Source: Bacteriovoracia bacterium (GTDB lineage: Bacteria > Bdellovibrionota > UBA1018 > JBFWNL01). From it: a stretch of 64,000 nt of DNA. The translations under genes were made by a program, and so were the position numbers. The notes below the pieces were generated by a model. It saw only the letters and a program-made list of their open reading frames with translations. It had not been told where the DNA came from and made no database searches. Shown here one piece after another: positions 40,328 through 48,837 of this stretch; within the stretch, counting starts at the first letter, position 1, and the number at the start of each line of letters is the position of its first letter. The stretch is taken from the NCBI GenBank assembly GCA_050251055.1, contig JBFWNL010000001.1:587825-651824 (forward strand). Direction: 5' to 3'.

Positions 40328-41069
40328 TCAGGAGGGCTCCTACGATCTCTAACGGCAGCGGGAGGACGATCGTGGTGGTTTTCTCGTGCGACATCTGCTG
40401 CACCGTCTGCAGGTAACGCAGCTGCAAGGACATCGGATTTTGGGCCATGGTATTGGCCGCCTGGGAAAGTTTTTCGGAAGCCTGCAGCTCCGCCTCGGAA
40501 GAGATGATCTTCGAGCGACGCTCGCGTTCGGCCTCCGCCTGCTTCGCCATCGCCCGTTGCATCTCGACGGGCAAGTCTACCTGCTTCACTTCCACGTTGG
40601 CGACCTTCACGCCCCACGGTTCGGTCTGCTTATCCAAAATGCCTTGTAGCTTGTGATTGATTGATTCCCGCTCGGCGAGCAACGTATCGAGTTCGACCTG
40701 CCCGAGCACGGAGCGCAGCGTAGTCTGCGCGAGCTTCGAGGTCGCGAGCAGATAATTCTCAACTTCGATCACCGCACGGTTGGGATCGACCACCTTGAAG
40801 TAGATCACGGCGTTCACCTTGATCGTCACGTTGTCGCGCGTGATGATGTCCTGCGGAGGAACGTCCATGGTGATCACGCGCATATCGACGCGCACCATGC
40901 GATCGATAATAGGGATCAAGATGATCAAGCCTGGCCCCTTTGCTCCGATAATACGGCCCAAGCGGAAGATCACTCCCCGCTCATACTCGTTCAAGATCTT
41001 TAAGCTGAAAAAAAGAAAAACGACGATCGCGGCAATAATAAACATAGCGGCTCCTAGCATTGACTCCAT
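40314..41069 (-). CDS. SPFH/stomatin (slipin) family protein
   Basis: [47 protein letters not shown]. Confidence 0.95.
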   Translation of the reverse strand: MESMLGAAMFIIAAIVVFLFFSLKILNEYERGVIFRLGRIIGAKGPGLIILIPIIDRMVRVDMRVITMDVPPQDIITRDNVTIKVNAVIYFKVVDPNRAVIEVENYLLATSKLAQTTLRSVLGQVELDTLLAERESINHKLQGILDKQTEPWGVKVANVEVKQVDLPVEMQRAMAKQAEAERERRSKIISSEAELQASEKLSQAANTMAQNPMSLQLRYLQTVQQMSHEKTTTIVLPLPLEIVGALLNGKK

Positions 41070-41102
41070 CTGCGGCCATCATGGCCGAAAACGGCCCCGA
41101 TT

Positions 41103-41660
41103 TCACCGGGAAATTTGCAAACCCAATTCCTTCGCCACCCGCTGCAAATCTTCCCAAGCGGCTTTCTTCGCCGCGGGATGCGCAAGTAAATGTCCCGGAT
41201 GGTAGGTCGGCACGACGCGAGTACCCCGAAATTCAAAAGTTTCCCCGCGCAGACGCTCTAGCTCGATCGTCGGGTCGGCCAAGGCTAAACGGGCCGCGCC
41301 CGCACCCAAAACTGCGATCACTTTCACTCCGGTGGAAACCAAGTGGCGCCCAAGGCAGTCGGCGCAAACGACCGGCACCACCCCCACTTCATCGCTCTGC
41401 AATCCCATCGCGCCCATCGCGGCGATCATTTTATCGAGAAGCTGTCGCTCCGCTCCCGTCAGCGTGCCTGCCGATGCATCCACGGCGAAAAGCACCCGCC
41501 AACGGGCATCACCAGAAACGGCCTTACCGGCGCACAAAGGGCACGCCGTGGCGTCCTGGACCTGAGAGTTCTGGCTTGCCTTTTTGACGCTGCGTGCCAT
41601 AATCAGCGTGTTTGGGGGGAGGAACCCCTCCCAGTGGGGGGTGGACATGGCCGGCATCAT
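41103..41660 (-). CDS. Uracil-DNA glycosylase family 4-like protein with degenerate motif A
   Basis: QLLDKMIAAMG, VIAVLG..AA, LRG, PTYHP, KKAAWEDLQ. The GEAPG and KCRPP motifs are missing. The start may be ATG 41600. Confidence 0.75.
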   Translation of the reverse strand: MMPAMSTPHWEGFLPPNTLIMARSVKKASQNSQVQDATACPLCAGKAVSGDARWRVLFAVDASAGTLTGAERQLLDKMIAAMGAMGLQSDEVGVVPVVCADCLGRHLVSTGVKVIAVLGAGAARLALADPTIELERLRGETFEFRGTRVVPTYHPGHLLAHPAAKKAAWEDLQRVAKELGLQISR

Positions 41661-41683
41661 GCGGGATAAGCCCTGGATTGTAA

Positions 41684-42223
41684 ATGGCGTTTAAAACCTT
41701 CTACACCTCCGTCACGACCCTGCTTTTTGGAGTAGGAATTCTTTTGACCGTCCCGGCGGCCCACGCCGGCGTGTGGGTTCAGGGAGGTTTTTCCTTCCTA
41801 CAGTCCACGGAAACCCAGGGCGGTACGAGCGAGACTCGCATCCGTACCCTCACCACCCTCACCGGGGGTTATCGATTCGTGCAGGGATTTTTCGTGGGAG
41901 CCCAGTATTTGTTTTCGCGCGATTCCGCCACCCCGTCGAGTGCTTGGGCTATTGGCCCCAAAGGGGGGTTCCAGTACGGGGGATTCGAATTCACGGCGGC
42001 CTACCTACCGATCGCTCGCGATAGCTACGCGGCGGGGGTCCGCACGGGAAATGGGTTCGCGCTCAACCTCGGCTACGCGTGGGAAATCACGGGTCCCCTT
42101 CGCCTGGGCTTTTACGTGACCTACTGGACGGTAACTTACGCCAAACTCAACGGCGCGGATCTCTTCATTCGCCCCCAGGTCAATTATATCTCTCCCCAGC
42201 TCGCGCTCGTCTTCGCATTCTAA
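41684..42223 (+). CDS. Small outer-membrane beta-barrel protein
   Basis: Signal peptide AHA, about 8 amphipathic strands, C-terminal Phe. Confidence 0.75.
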   Translation: MAFKTFYTSVTTLLFGVGILLTVPAAHAGVWVQGGFSFLQSTETQGGTSETRIRTLTTLTGGYRFVQGFFVGAQYLFSRDSATPSSAWAIGPKGGFQYGGFEFTAAYLPIARDSYAAGVRTGNGFALNLGYAWEITGPLRLGFYVTYWTVTYAKLNGADLFIRPQVNYISPQLALVFAF

Positions 42224-42334
42224 GCGTTTTCGCGTTTTCACTAGGTCAAAAACGACACATTCTCAAGCGACCGCCCCTCAGCGATAATGATTGATGAGGC
42301 GTTCCGGTGTAAGGGTACAGAGCAAGGATCTTTT

Positions 42335-42829
42335 GTGAAACACTATTCGTGTCTTCTGATCGCCTTCACCACGTGCGCGCTCGTCACGGGCTGCGCCAAG
42401 AAAACATTTTCCATCAAGACATCGCCGTCGACTCCCAGTCTTTTCCAATCCACGGCCGCGTACTCCGACATCGCGGGCAGCGACGCGACAGCGGAACCCA
42501 CCTGGACTCGTTTCAAGCTAGTCGTGACGAACAACGGCACCGATACGGGTTGCGTAGGCACCGTGCGGGTAAAATTCAGCGACGTAAACAACACGGTCTG
42601 CGAATTCGTCGCCACCGAGTTTAGTTTGACCGCTTTCATGACCGTTCCCGCCGGTGAAACGGTAACTAGCACGCAGAGCTTTTATTGCACTGGGATCGGC
42701 GACGAAGAGGATCCGGTCACCGCGATCAACGGCACCATCGAAGCCATCGGTTGGGTAGGTAGCGATTGCACGGCCGAAGACGCCGACAAGGCCGCGAGCG
42801 GCGAAGCGGGCTTCAGCGCCGTCGAGTAG
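42335..42829 (+). CDS. Hypothetical beta-rich lipoprotein
   Basis: GTG 42335 with RBS AAGGA; LVTG-C lipobox; Thr/Ser-rich. Confidence 0.7.
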   Translation: MKHYSCLLIAFTTCALVTGCAKKTFSIKTSPSTPSLFQSTAAYSDIAGSDATAEPTWTRFKLVVTNNGTDTGCVGTVRVKFSDVNNTVCEFVATEFSLTAFMTVPAGETVTSTQSFYCTGIGDEEDPVTAINGTIEAIGWVGSDCTAEDADKAASGEAGFSAVE

Positions 42830-42836
42830 CGAACCC

Positions 42837-43091
42837 TCACTGCAAGCGATGCATCAAGCTGCGGACCTTGACTCCGCATTCGGGGCATTTGGCCGATTCC
42901 ATCGTCAAGTTGCGGCTGAAGTCGGTGCTATGGGTAAAGTGGAGGTTGCCTCCGCAAAGGCCACAGTGGGTATATCGGTCCACCATTTCCTTTGCGGAGC
43001 CAAAGACGCGGCCGAAAGAGTCTTCGCCTTCGAGGTTTCCCTCGCTCTCGACCAACTCCTGATCCAGCATTTCGTCTTCTCGTTGCGACAT
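42837..43091 (-). CDS. Small zinc-ribbon protein
   Basis: CGLC...CPEC; RBS GGAGG. Confidence 0.75.
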   Translation of the reverse strand: MSQREDEMLDQELVESEGNLEGEDSFGRVFGSAKEMVDRYTHCGLCGGNLHFTHSTDFSRNLTMESAKCPECGVKVRSLMHRLQ

Positions 43092-43350
43092 CGAAACCTC
43101 CGAGCTTGGGCGCTCACTAGGGCCTATTCGTGTGTGTGGTGTGCGAAAAAACTCCCTCTTGTCTTCCCCATTGGAGCCACTTGAGGTGCCCGTTCCTTGG
43201 GCCGCACATGAAAGAGTTCGGATCTAAGCCAAGGTTTCTAAATAGGAATTATTTGCCCCGAGAATATGGGGACAGAAAGCCGAAAACACGCGTCCAGAGC
43301 GGACTTTGAAGGTAGGCAGAATTTACCGAAAAACCGGGAAAAAGACGGGT

Positions 43351-43848
43351 CTAGAGACCTTTGGCCATGGCAATGGCCTTCGGAACGCTCGGGAGATTCA
43401 TTTTCGCGTCGCGAATGATCTTCACTGCTTCGGCTTGGCGCAGACGGCCCGCCTTCATTTTTTCGCAGAGAATGGGTTCGAGCGGATCAGTGATAGAGTA
43501 TACCGACTTGTGCTGCGGCCAGAGGTTGTCGGTGGCGTTGCTACCGCCCATGCAAAGCGGGATGAAATGATCGATCTTGAACTCCTGGCGATTCATCTCT
43601 TGCACGTGAAAGCCAAGCTTGCGGTCGTAGTCGGCAATGATCGCGCGTTTGCGTTCAGTAGTAACGTTTCGCTCGCAGTAAGGAATTCCTTCAGGATAGC
43701 GTTTTTCCGTCGGCCGCTCGCAAAGCGATCCCGGCGTCATCTCGAGATCCGGCGAGGTTGGAAAATCATCTTCGGCTTGTGAAGGGGAAACCACCCAGGC
43801 TTGGGCAAGGAGTAGGACCAGGGAGCAAAAACGAGCCGTCTTGTTCAA
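43351..43848 (-). CDS. Secreted HNH-type nuclease
   Basis: Signal peptide SQA; KIDHFIPLCMGGSNATDNLWPQH; RBS GGAGG before TTG. Confidence 0.8.
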   Translation of the reverse strand: MNKTARFCSLVLLLAQAWVVSPSQAEDDFPTSPDLEMTPGSLCERPTEKRYPEGIPYCERNVTTERKRAIIADYDRKLGFHVQEMNRQEFKIDHFIPLCMGGSNATDNLWPQHKSVYSITDPLEPILCEKMKAGRLRQAEAVKIIRDAKMNLPSVPKAIAMAKGL

Positions 43849-43865
43849 GTAGCCTCCAATAGTCG

Positions 43866-43881
43866 AGCATTTGCGGTGCCC
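43866..43881 (-). promoter_or_regulatory. Putative sigma54 promoter of the HNH nuclease gene
   Basis: GGGCACCGCAAATGCT (GG-N10-GC). Confidence 0.4.
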
Positions 43882-44027
43882 GGTAGAAACGCCGAACCGA
43901 TCTTCGGCTTATATTCGAGTCGTGAAGGAAATACCTGAGCCCCCCGAAAACGTCAAAAACTCTTTACAAGACGCGAGGTTATATAAGATTCATATATTGC
44001 GCCGCACAAACGCATTGAAATACTTTG

Positions 44028-45419
44028 CTATTCTTTGTCTTCCAGTCCCTTCGGAGCAAGTTTGGAGAGCTGCACGGCCAGCCAAGGGGGCTGGCGGTCC
44101 ATGATTTCCGCACGCTCCTTGCGCGCAACCGCCGAGCGCACGAGGTGCGCGCCAACATAGCGGAACGGCTCGGGCGGGAACTTTCCTGCCGACTTGCCGA
44201 CCAGGGGGTACTGAGACCAGCGGTCGTGCTTATCCAAAGCGAGGCTCGCGAGGATTTTTCCGCCAATGCGGCTGGGTCCGACGCCGTTTCCACTCCACCC
44301 TACCCCATAGATGATCTGTTCCTGGCCCGCGAATCTTCCGAGTAGCGGCAGGCTATTCGGCGTCCGATCAATGGGGCCTGACCAGTCGTGGGTGACGGGC
44401 ACATCCTTCAATAACGGGTAGTAGCGACGGAAATCCGCCTCCACGGCCCGTGCGCGCGCGCGATTTCGATCGAAGTCGGGGCGGAGATTTCCGCCGTAGG
44501 CGATTCCCCATCCGCCCTTGCCAAACGCCACGCGGTGGTCCGCGGTGACGTGGTAATAGTCCACCATCATCTGAGAATCGGTGATGCACTCGCCGCCCGT
44601 CCAGCCGGTGCGCGCCAAGGCGTCTTGGGCGGGCGCGGTGACGATCATGTCACTCGTGATGGCGACGATGGAGCGGGACAGCTCGCGGATGCCGGCCGCC
44701 CAGGCATTGTTACAAATAACGAGCTTCTGGGCGGTCACCGTCCCACCGCCCGTGCGGATACGAACGGGCCGGGTGCGCGTGAAACTCTCGACCATCGTAT
44801 TTTCAAAAATCCGCACGCCCATTTTCAGCGCCACCTGGCGCAGCCCCCGAACGTAACGGGCGGGATGTAAAGTCGCCGCCGTCATGTCCACCACGCCCGC
44901 GCGATGGGCGGGGGACCCGGTACGACGGGCGATCTCCGTGTCCGGCAGCGCACGGAAGGCTTCCACGCCCAGCTTCTCGCAAACTTTGACCACACTATCC
45001 CAGGCGCCCATCTGCGCATTTGAGGTCGCCGTCCAAAGCCACGGGGACTTACGAAACTGGATGTCGATTTGATGCTCGCGGAAGAAGTCTGCAATTTCGC
45101 CAATGGCCGCTTCGGAGTCGCGCGCGACGGCCAAACCCTCCTCCCGCCCGCAAAGTTTCACGAGCGAGGAAATCTTCGGCCACCAAGAGAGCGCAAATCC
45201 GCCGTTCCGTCCGGAGGCTCCGCCGCCGCAAATATCTTGTTCCAGCACCACGACGTCGGCGCCCGGATCCTGCCGCTTAATTTCGAGGGCGGTCCAAAGA
45301 CCCACGTAACCCCCACCTAACACGGCGATATCGGCTTTGCCTTCGCCCGACCAAGCCGGCGCTATGGGAGCGTCTCCGACGGTTTCTTCGAGCCAAAATG
45401 ACCGGTGGGGCATCTGCAT
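44028..45419 (-). CDS. FAD-dependent oxidoreductase (DAO/PuuB-like amine oxidase family)
   Basis: SFWLE, GGGYVG, GASGRNGGF, WSGPID, GWSGNGVG. Confidence 0.88.
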   Translation of the reverse strand: MQMPHRSFWLEETVGDAPIAPAWSGEGKADIAVLGGGYVGLWTALEIKRQDPGADVVVLEQDICGGGASGRNGGFALSWWPKISSLVKLCGREEGLAVARDSEAAIGEIADFFREHQIDIQFRKSPWLWTATSNAQMGAWDSVVKVCEKLGVEAFRALPDTEIARRTGSPAHRAGVVDMTAATLHPARYVRGLRQVALKMGVRIFENTMVESFTRTRPVRIRTGGGTVTAQKLVICNNAWAAGIRELSRSIVAITSDMIVTAPAQDALARTGWTGGECITDSQMMVDYYHVTADHRVAFGKGGWGIAYGGNLRPDFDRNRARARAVEADFRRYYPLLKDVPVTHDWSGPIDRTPNSLPLLGRFAGQEQIIYGVGWSGNGVGPSRIGGKILASLALDKHDRWSQYPLVGKSAGKFPPEPFRYVGAHLVRSAVARKERAEIMDRQPPWLAVQLSKLAPKGLEDKE

Positions 45420-45461
45420 GACGCCCTGCCACTTCTCACGCTTTCTGCTCTATTTCCAGCG

Positions 45462-47306
45462 CTAACCCGAGGAATCTCCACCCTGGATCGTGCGTTTGCT
45501 CCGCACCTTGCGGTGGTAGGCCACGGCAAAACGATGCGCCTCATCGCGCACGTGGGTCAATAGCTTGTAAGCCGAAGTATGCGGCAGGAGCGAAACCGGG
45601 TTCTTGCGACCCGGGATAAACACGCGCTCGAAGGTGCTGGCCACTTCCTTGGCTTGAAAGTTCCTCTCGGTGCGCGCCTTCGCGAGACCAACCACGCCGA
45701 TGCCTTGAATGTTCAGCTCCTCAAAGATGGAGACGGCCTGTGCCAGCTGGCCGCGGCCACCGTCGACCACGACCAGATCGGGAAAAGCATCCGGTCCGGA
45801 GCCGGCCGCGCCTCCCGTCGCTAGGCCCCGCTCGAAACGACGTCCCAAAACCTCGCGCATCATGGCGAAGTCGTTCGCGCCTTCCACCGTGCGGATCTTA
45901 TAGCGGCGGTACAGGTCCTTGTCGGGCGCGCCATCGATAAACACCACGCGGGAGGCCACCGCATCGTCACCCTGGATGTTGGAGATGTCGTAGCACTCGA
46001 TGCGCGAAGGCAAGCGAGGCAACTGCAATTTCCGCTGGACCTCTTCCAGCGCCTGCAGGCCGTGGCCCGCGTTGCGCTTCTGGGCGAGCTCGAGCGCATG
46101 CTTGGCGTTGGCACGCGCCACATTCACCAGCTGGGTGTCTTTTTCAAACTCTACGCTGCCGGGTTCCCCTCCGGGCACGCGGATCGCCAAACCGAGCGTG
46201 CGCTCGAGCAGGTCTGGATCTTCAGGCGCCGAAGGCAGGAGAACCTCCTGCGCCACCGGGGTGTAAAAGTCCGCATGCTCCGGATCCGCATCCTTCTTTT
46301 CTTCCTTCTTACGCTCGCCCAAATAGAACTGGGCGAGAAACTCCGTGATAATCTCCAGGTCCGAAACGTCTGGATCCGTGTTCTGAAGGTGGAAGTGCTT
46401 GGCCGAGATGAGCTTACCCTTGCGGATCTGTAACACCGCCGCGTGCGCGTCCTGATCGGCGCGCGCGATCCCCACCACGTCGCGGTCTTTTTGCTCGGCC
46501 ACGTCCATCACGCTTTGGGTTTCCGTCACGAGCTGGATGTTGGCGAGCTGGTCGCGGTAAAACGCCGCCTGTTCGTATTCTTCGCGATCAGACGCATCCT
46601 GCATCCCTCGCCTCAACTCCTGAATGATCCGGTCGCCCTTGCCTTCGAGCACCGAAATCGCCTGCCCGATCGAATCTTTATACTGCTCGCCGGACACCTT
46701 CCCCACGCAGGGAGCCGAGCAACGGCCCATTTGGTAAAGCAGGCACGGACGGGAACGGTGCCGAAACGTGTTGTCGGAACAGTCCCGCAAAGCGAGCGTT
46801 TCATTTAAAAGCTGGAGTACCTGGCGAGCGGACCAAGCCGACGGAAACGGGCCGAAGTAGCGGGCGCCGTCGCGCCGGGGCTTACGGGTCCACTCCAACC
46901 GGGGAAAAGCCTCGCTCAAGTTGATGCGGATGTAAGGATAGGCCTTGTCGTCCTTGAGCATCACGTTGAACTTTGGCTTGTGCTTCTTGATCAGGGTGCA
47001 CTCTAAGATGAGCGCTTCCGCCTCGGTTTCCGTCAGGATCACTTCGAAGCGGTTGATGCGACGGACGAGGTTCTCGATGCGTAGGTGCTCGTGCGGGGCC
47101 GGCCTAAAATAGGTCGTGAGCCGGTTGCGCAGGTTCTTCGCCTTTCCCACGTATAGAACGACCCCCTCGGCATCCTTCATCAGATAGACGCCCGGAGCCG
47201 TCGAGGCCTCGCGTGCGGCGGAGGCGCACCTTTCTCGACTGGTTTTGTCTTCTATTATAACGGGAGGAGCCGGGGTAGGCTCGAAATCGTCATCCATTAC
47301 GATCAC
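45462..47306 (-). CDS. uvrC: Excinuclease ABC subunit C, lacking the C-terminal HhH domain
   Basis: PGVYLM..LYVGKAKNLR GIY-YIG domain, Cys cluster, UVR domain, IECYDIS, VVDGGRGQ, RDEAHRFA, then a stop. Confidence 0.95.
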   Translation of the reverse strand: MIVMDDDFEPTPAPPVIIEDKTSRERCASAAREASTAPGVYLMKDAEGVVLYVGKAKNLRNRLTTYFRPAPHEHLRIENLVRRINRFEVILTETEAEALILECTLIKKHKPKFNVMLKDDKAYPYIRINLSEAFPRLEWTRKPRRDGARYFGPFPSAWSARQVLQLLNETLALRDCSDNTFRHRSRPCLLYQMGRCSAPCVGKVSGEQYKDSIGQAISVLEGKGDRIIQELRRGMQDASDREEYEQAAFYRDQLANIQLVTETQSVMDVAEQKDRDVVGIARADQDAHAAVLQIRKGKLISAKHFHLQNTDPDVSDLEIITEFLAQFYLGERKKEEKKDADPEHADFYTPVAQEVLLPSAPEDPDLLERTLGLAIRVPGGEPGSVEFEKDTQLVNVARANAKHALELAQKRNAGHGLQALEEVQRKLQLPRLPSRIECYDISNIQGDDAVASRVVFIDGAPDKDLYRRYKIRTVEGANDFAMMREVLGRRFERGLATGGAAGSGPDAFPDLVVVDGGRGQLAQAVSIFEELNIQGIGVVGLAKARTERNFQAKEVASTFERVFIPGRKNPVSLLPHTSAYKLLTHVRDEAHRFAVAYHRKVRSKRTIQGGDSSG

Positions 47307-47391
47307 ACCTTACACCCATATCCCAATTGACGGGGAATGAAACACCCTGTTAGAAGTAGGCAAACCAAAAGAATCCCTCTAGGAGCCCCAA

Positions 47392-47826
47392 ATGGCCGGA
47401 AAATCGGACGTCGGAACCGAAACACTCTCGTATTGCACTAGCTGTAAAATGGACCTCACCCACTTTATCGTGGCCATGAAGGGCGACAAGATCGCCAAGG
47501 TCGAATGCAAAACCTGCAAGAAGACCCACGCTTTCAAAGCCCCGAAGGGCATCACGGAACCGGGCCAAAAGAAAACCCGCGCTTCGAAGAAAGCGACTGC
47601 GGAAATTAAGACGGTCGAAGCGGAGTGGGAACGGCTCATGACCACGCATAAAGACGCGCCGATGAAATCCTACACCATGAAGACGCTCTTTAGCCTGGGC
47701 GACAAGGTGAACCATAAGAACTTCGGCGAAGGCATCGTCGGCCGCCTGATCTATCCGAATAAAATCGAAGTCGTGTTCCGCACCGACGTAAAAATCCTGA
47801 TCCATCAGGGCGTCAAGACGCCATGA
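47392..47826 (+). CDS. Zinc-ribbon plus PcrA/UvrD-type Tudor-like domain protein
   Basis: CTSC...CKTC..H; C-terminal FSLGDKVNHKNFGEGIV; RBS AGGAG. Confidence 0.7.
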   Translation: MAGKSDVGTETLSYCTSCKMDLTHFIVAMKGDKIAKVECKTCKKTHAFKAPKGITEPGQKKTRASKKATAEIKTVEAEWERLMTTHKDAPMKSYTMKTLFSLGDKVNHKNFGEGIVGRLIYPNKIEVVFRTDVKILIHQGVKTP

Positions 47827-48455
47827 ATTTTCGCCGGGGGGCCGGCGCGCTGCTTTTTTTGGCGGCGCTTACCGCGTGCGCGGGTGCCCAAAAGAAAACC
47901 AAACCCGAGCTTGATGCGCTCGTGGGCAAGAAAGTTGCGCTCGTCGACGTAGACGCCGAGCCCACGCAACGAAACATCGTGGAAGTGGCGCTCGTAAACC
48001 AGCTCGTGAAGAAGGGCACCTTCATCCTGGTCTCCAAGCAGGATTACGAAGCCGCGAAAGCCCGCCCCGAAATTGGCCCTGGCGACTGGAAGAAAGCGGC
48101 CCAAGCTGCCGGCGCGGATTTCGCGCTCCAGGCGAAGGTCCTGCAGTTTGACGCCAAGGAGCACGAGGGCTATTCACGCGAAGAAGTCTACGATAGCCAG
48201 CTCGCCGAAGAACGCGGCGAAAAAGAAGGTAAAACCCAGCGCCTCTACAAGGTGAAATCGCTCGAGGGCAAGATCCGCGTCCGGATCCAATTCGACGATC
48301 TCAAGCAGGAAGACACGCGCGTCGCCGTGGCCGAAAAATCTGATCGCGCCCAAGCCGACAATCGTAAGGGAGCGATTCACCTGCCCGAAAAAATCCGTTT
48401 CATGGAGGCGCTCGCCAACGCTGCCTTCGACGAGTTCTTCGAGACCTACCGATAA
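47823..48455 (+). CDS. Hypothetical lipoprotein (possibly CsgG/LpoB-like alpha/beta fold)
   Basis: ALTA-C lipobox; KKVALVD...AAQAAGADFAL pattern; ATGA overlap. Confidence 0.65.
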   Translation: MNFRRGAGALLFLAALTACAGAQKKTKPELDALVGKKVALVDVDAEPTQRNIVEVALVNQLVKKGTFILVSKQDYEAAKARPEIGPGDWKKAAQAAGADFALQAKVLQFDAKEHEGYSREEVYDSQLAEERGEKEGKTQRLYKVKSLEGKIRVRIQFDDLKQEDTRVAVAEKSDRAQADNRKGAIHLPEKIRFMEALANAAFDEFFETYR

Positions 48456-48518
48456 AAATACAAAAGGCCAGTCCCCTCGCGGAAACCGGCCTCTTTTAAA
48501 GACTGAACAAAACGGATC

Positions 48519-48767
48519 TTAGTGCGTCGAGGTCGAGGTTTCGCTGGTGGTTTCCGTGTGGGTTTCGGTGTGCGTGCCGGCGCCTTTCTTCTCTTCCTTC
48601 TTCATCTTCTTCGTCATCTTCTTCACGGCTTTAGTCGTCGTGGTCGCACCGTGCTCGGCCGTCGCGTGAGCGGCATCCGTGGCCGGAGCCGTCGCATGTC
48701 CGTGATCGTCGCCAAAAGCCACGGGAGCGGAGAGAGCCAATACCATCAATGGAATGAGTTTCTTCAT
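48519..48767 (-). CDS. Small secreted low-complexity His/Thr/Lys-rich protein
   Basis: MKKLIPLMVLALSAPVAFG signal; HTETHTE repeats; RBS AAGGAAG. Confidence 0.7.
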   Translation of the reverse strand: MKKLIPLMVLALSAPVAFGDDHGHATAPATDAAHATAEHGATTTTKAVKKMTKKMKKEEKKGAGTHTETHTETTSETSTSTH

Positions 48768-48837
48768 CTAGTCTTCCTTATCGATTAGTTACTGCGTTAC
48801 CCCCTAAATGTTCCAGAGGTAACTCTGAAAAACAAGA

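Noticed and set aside
43351-43848. HNH protein as a homing endonuclease or defence nuclease
   Set aside because: It has a Sec signal peptide and no intron, methylase or mobile context.
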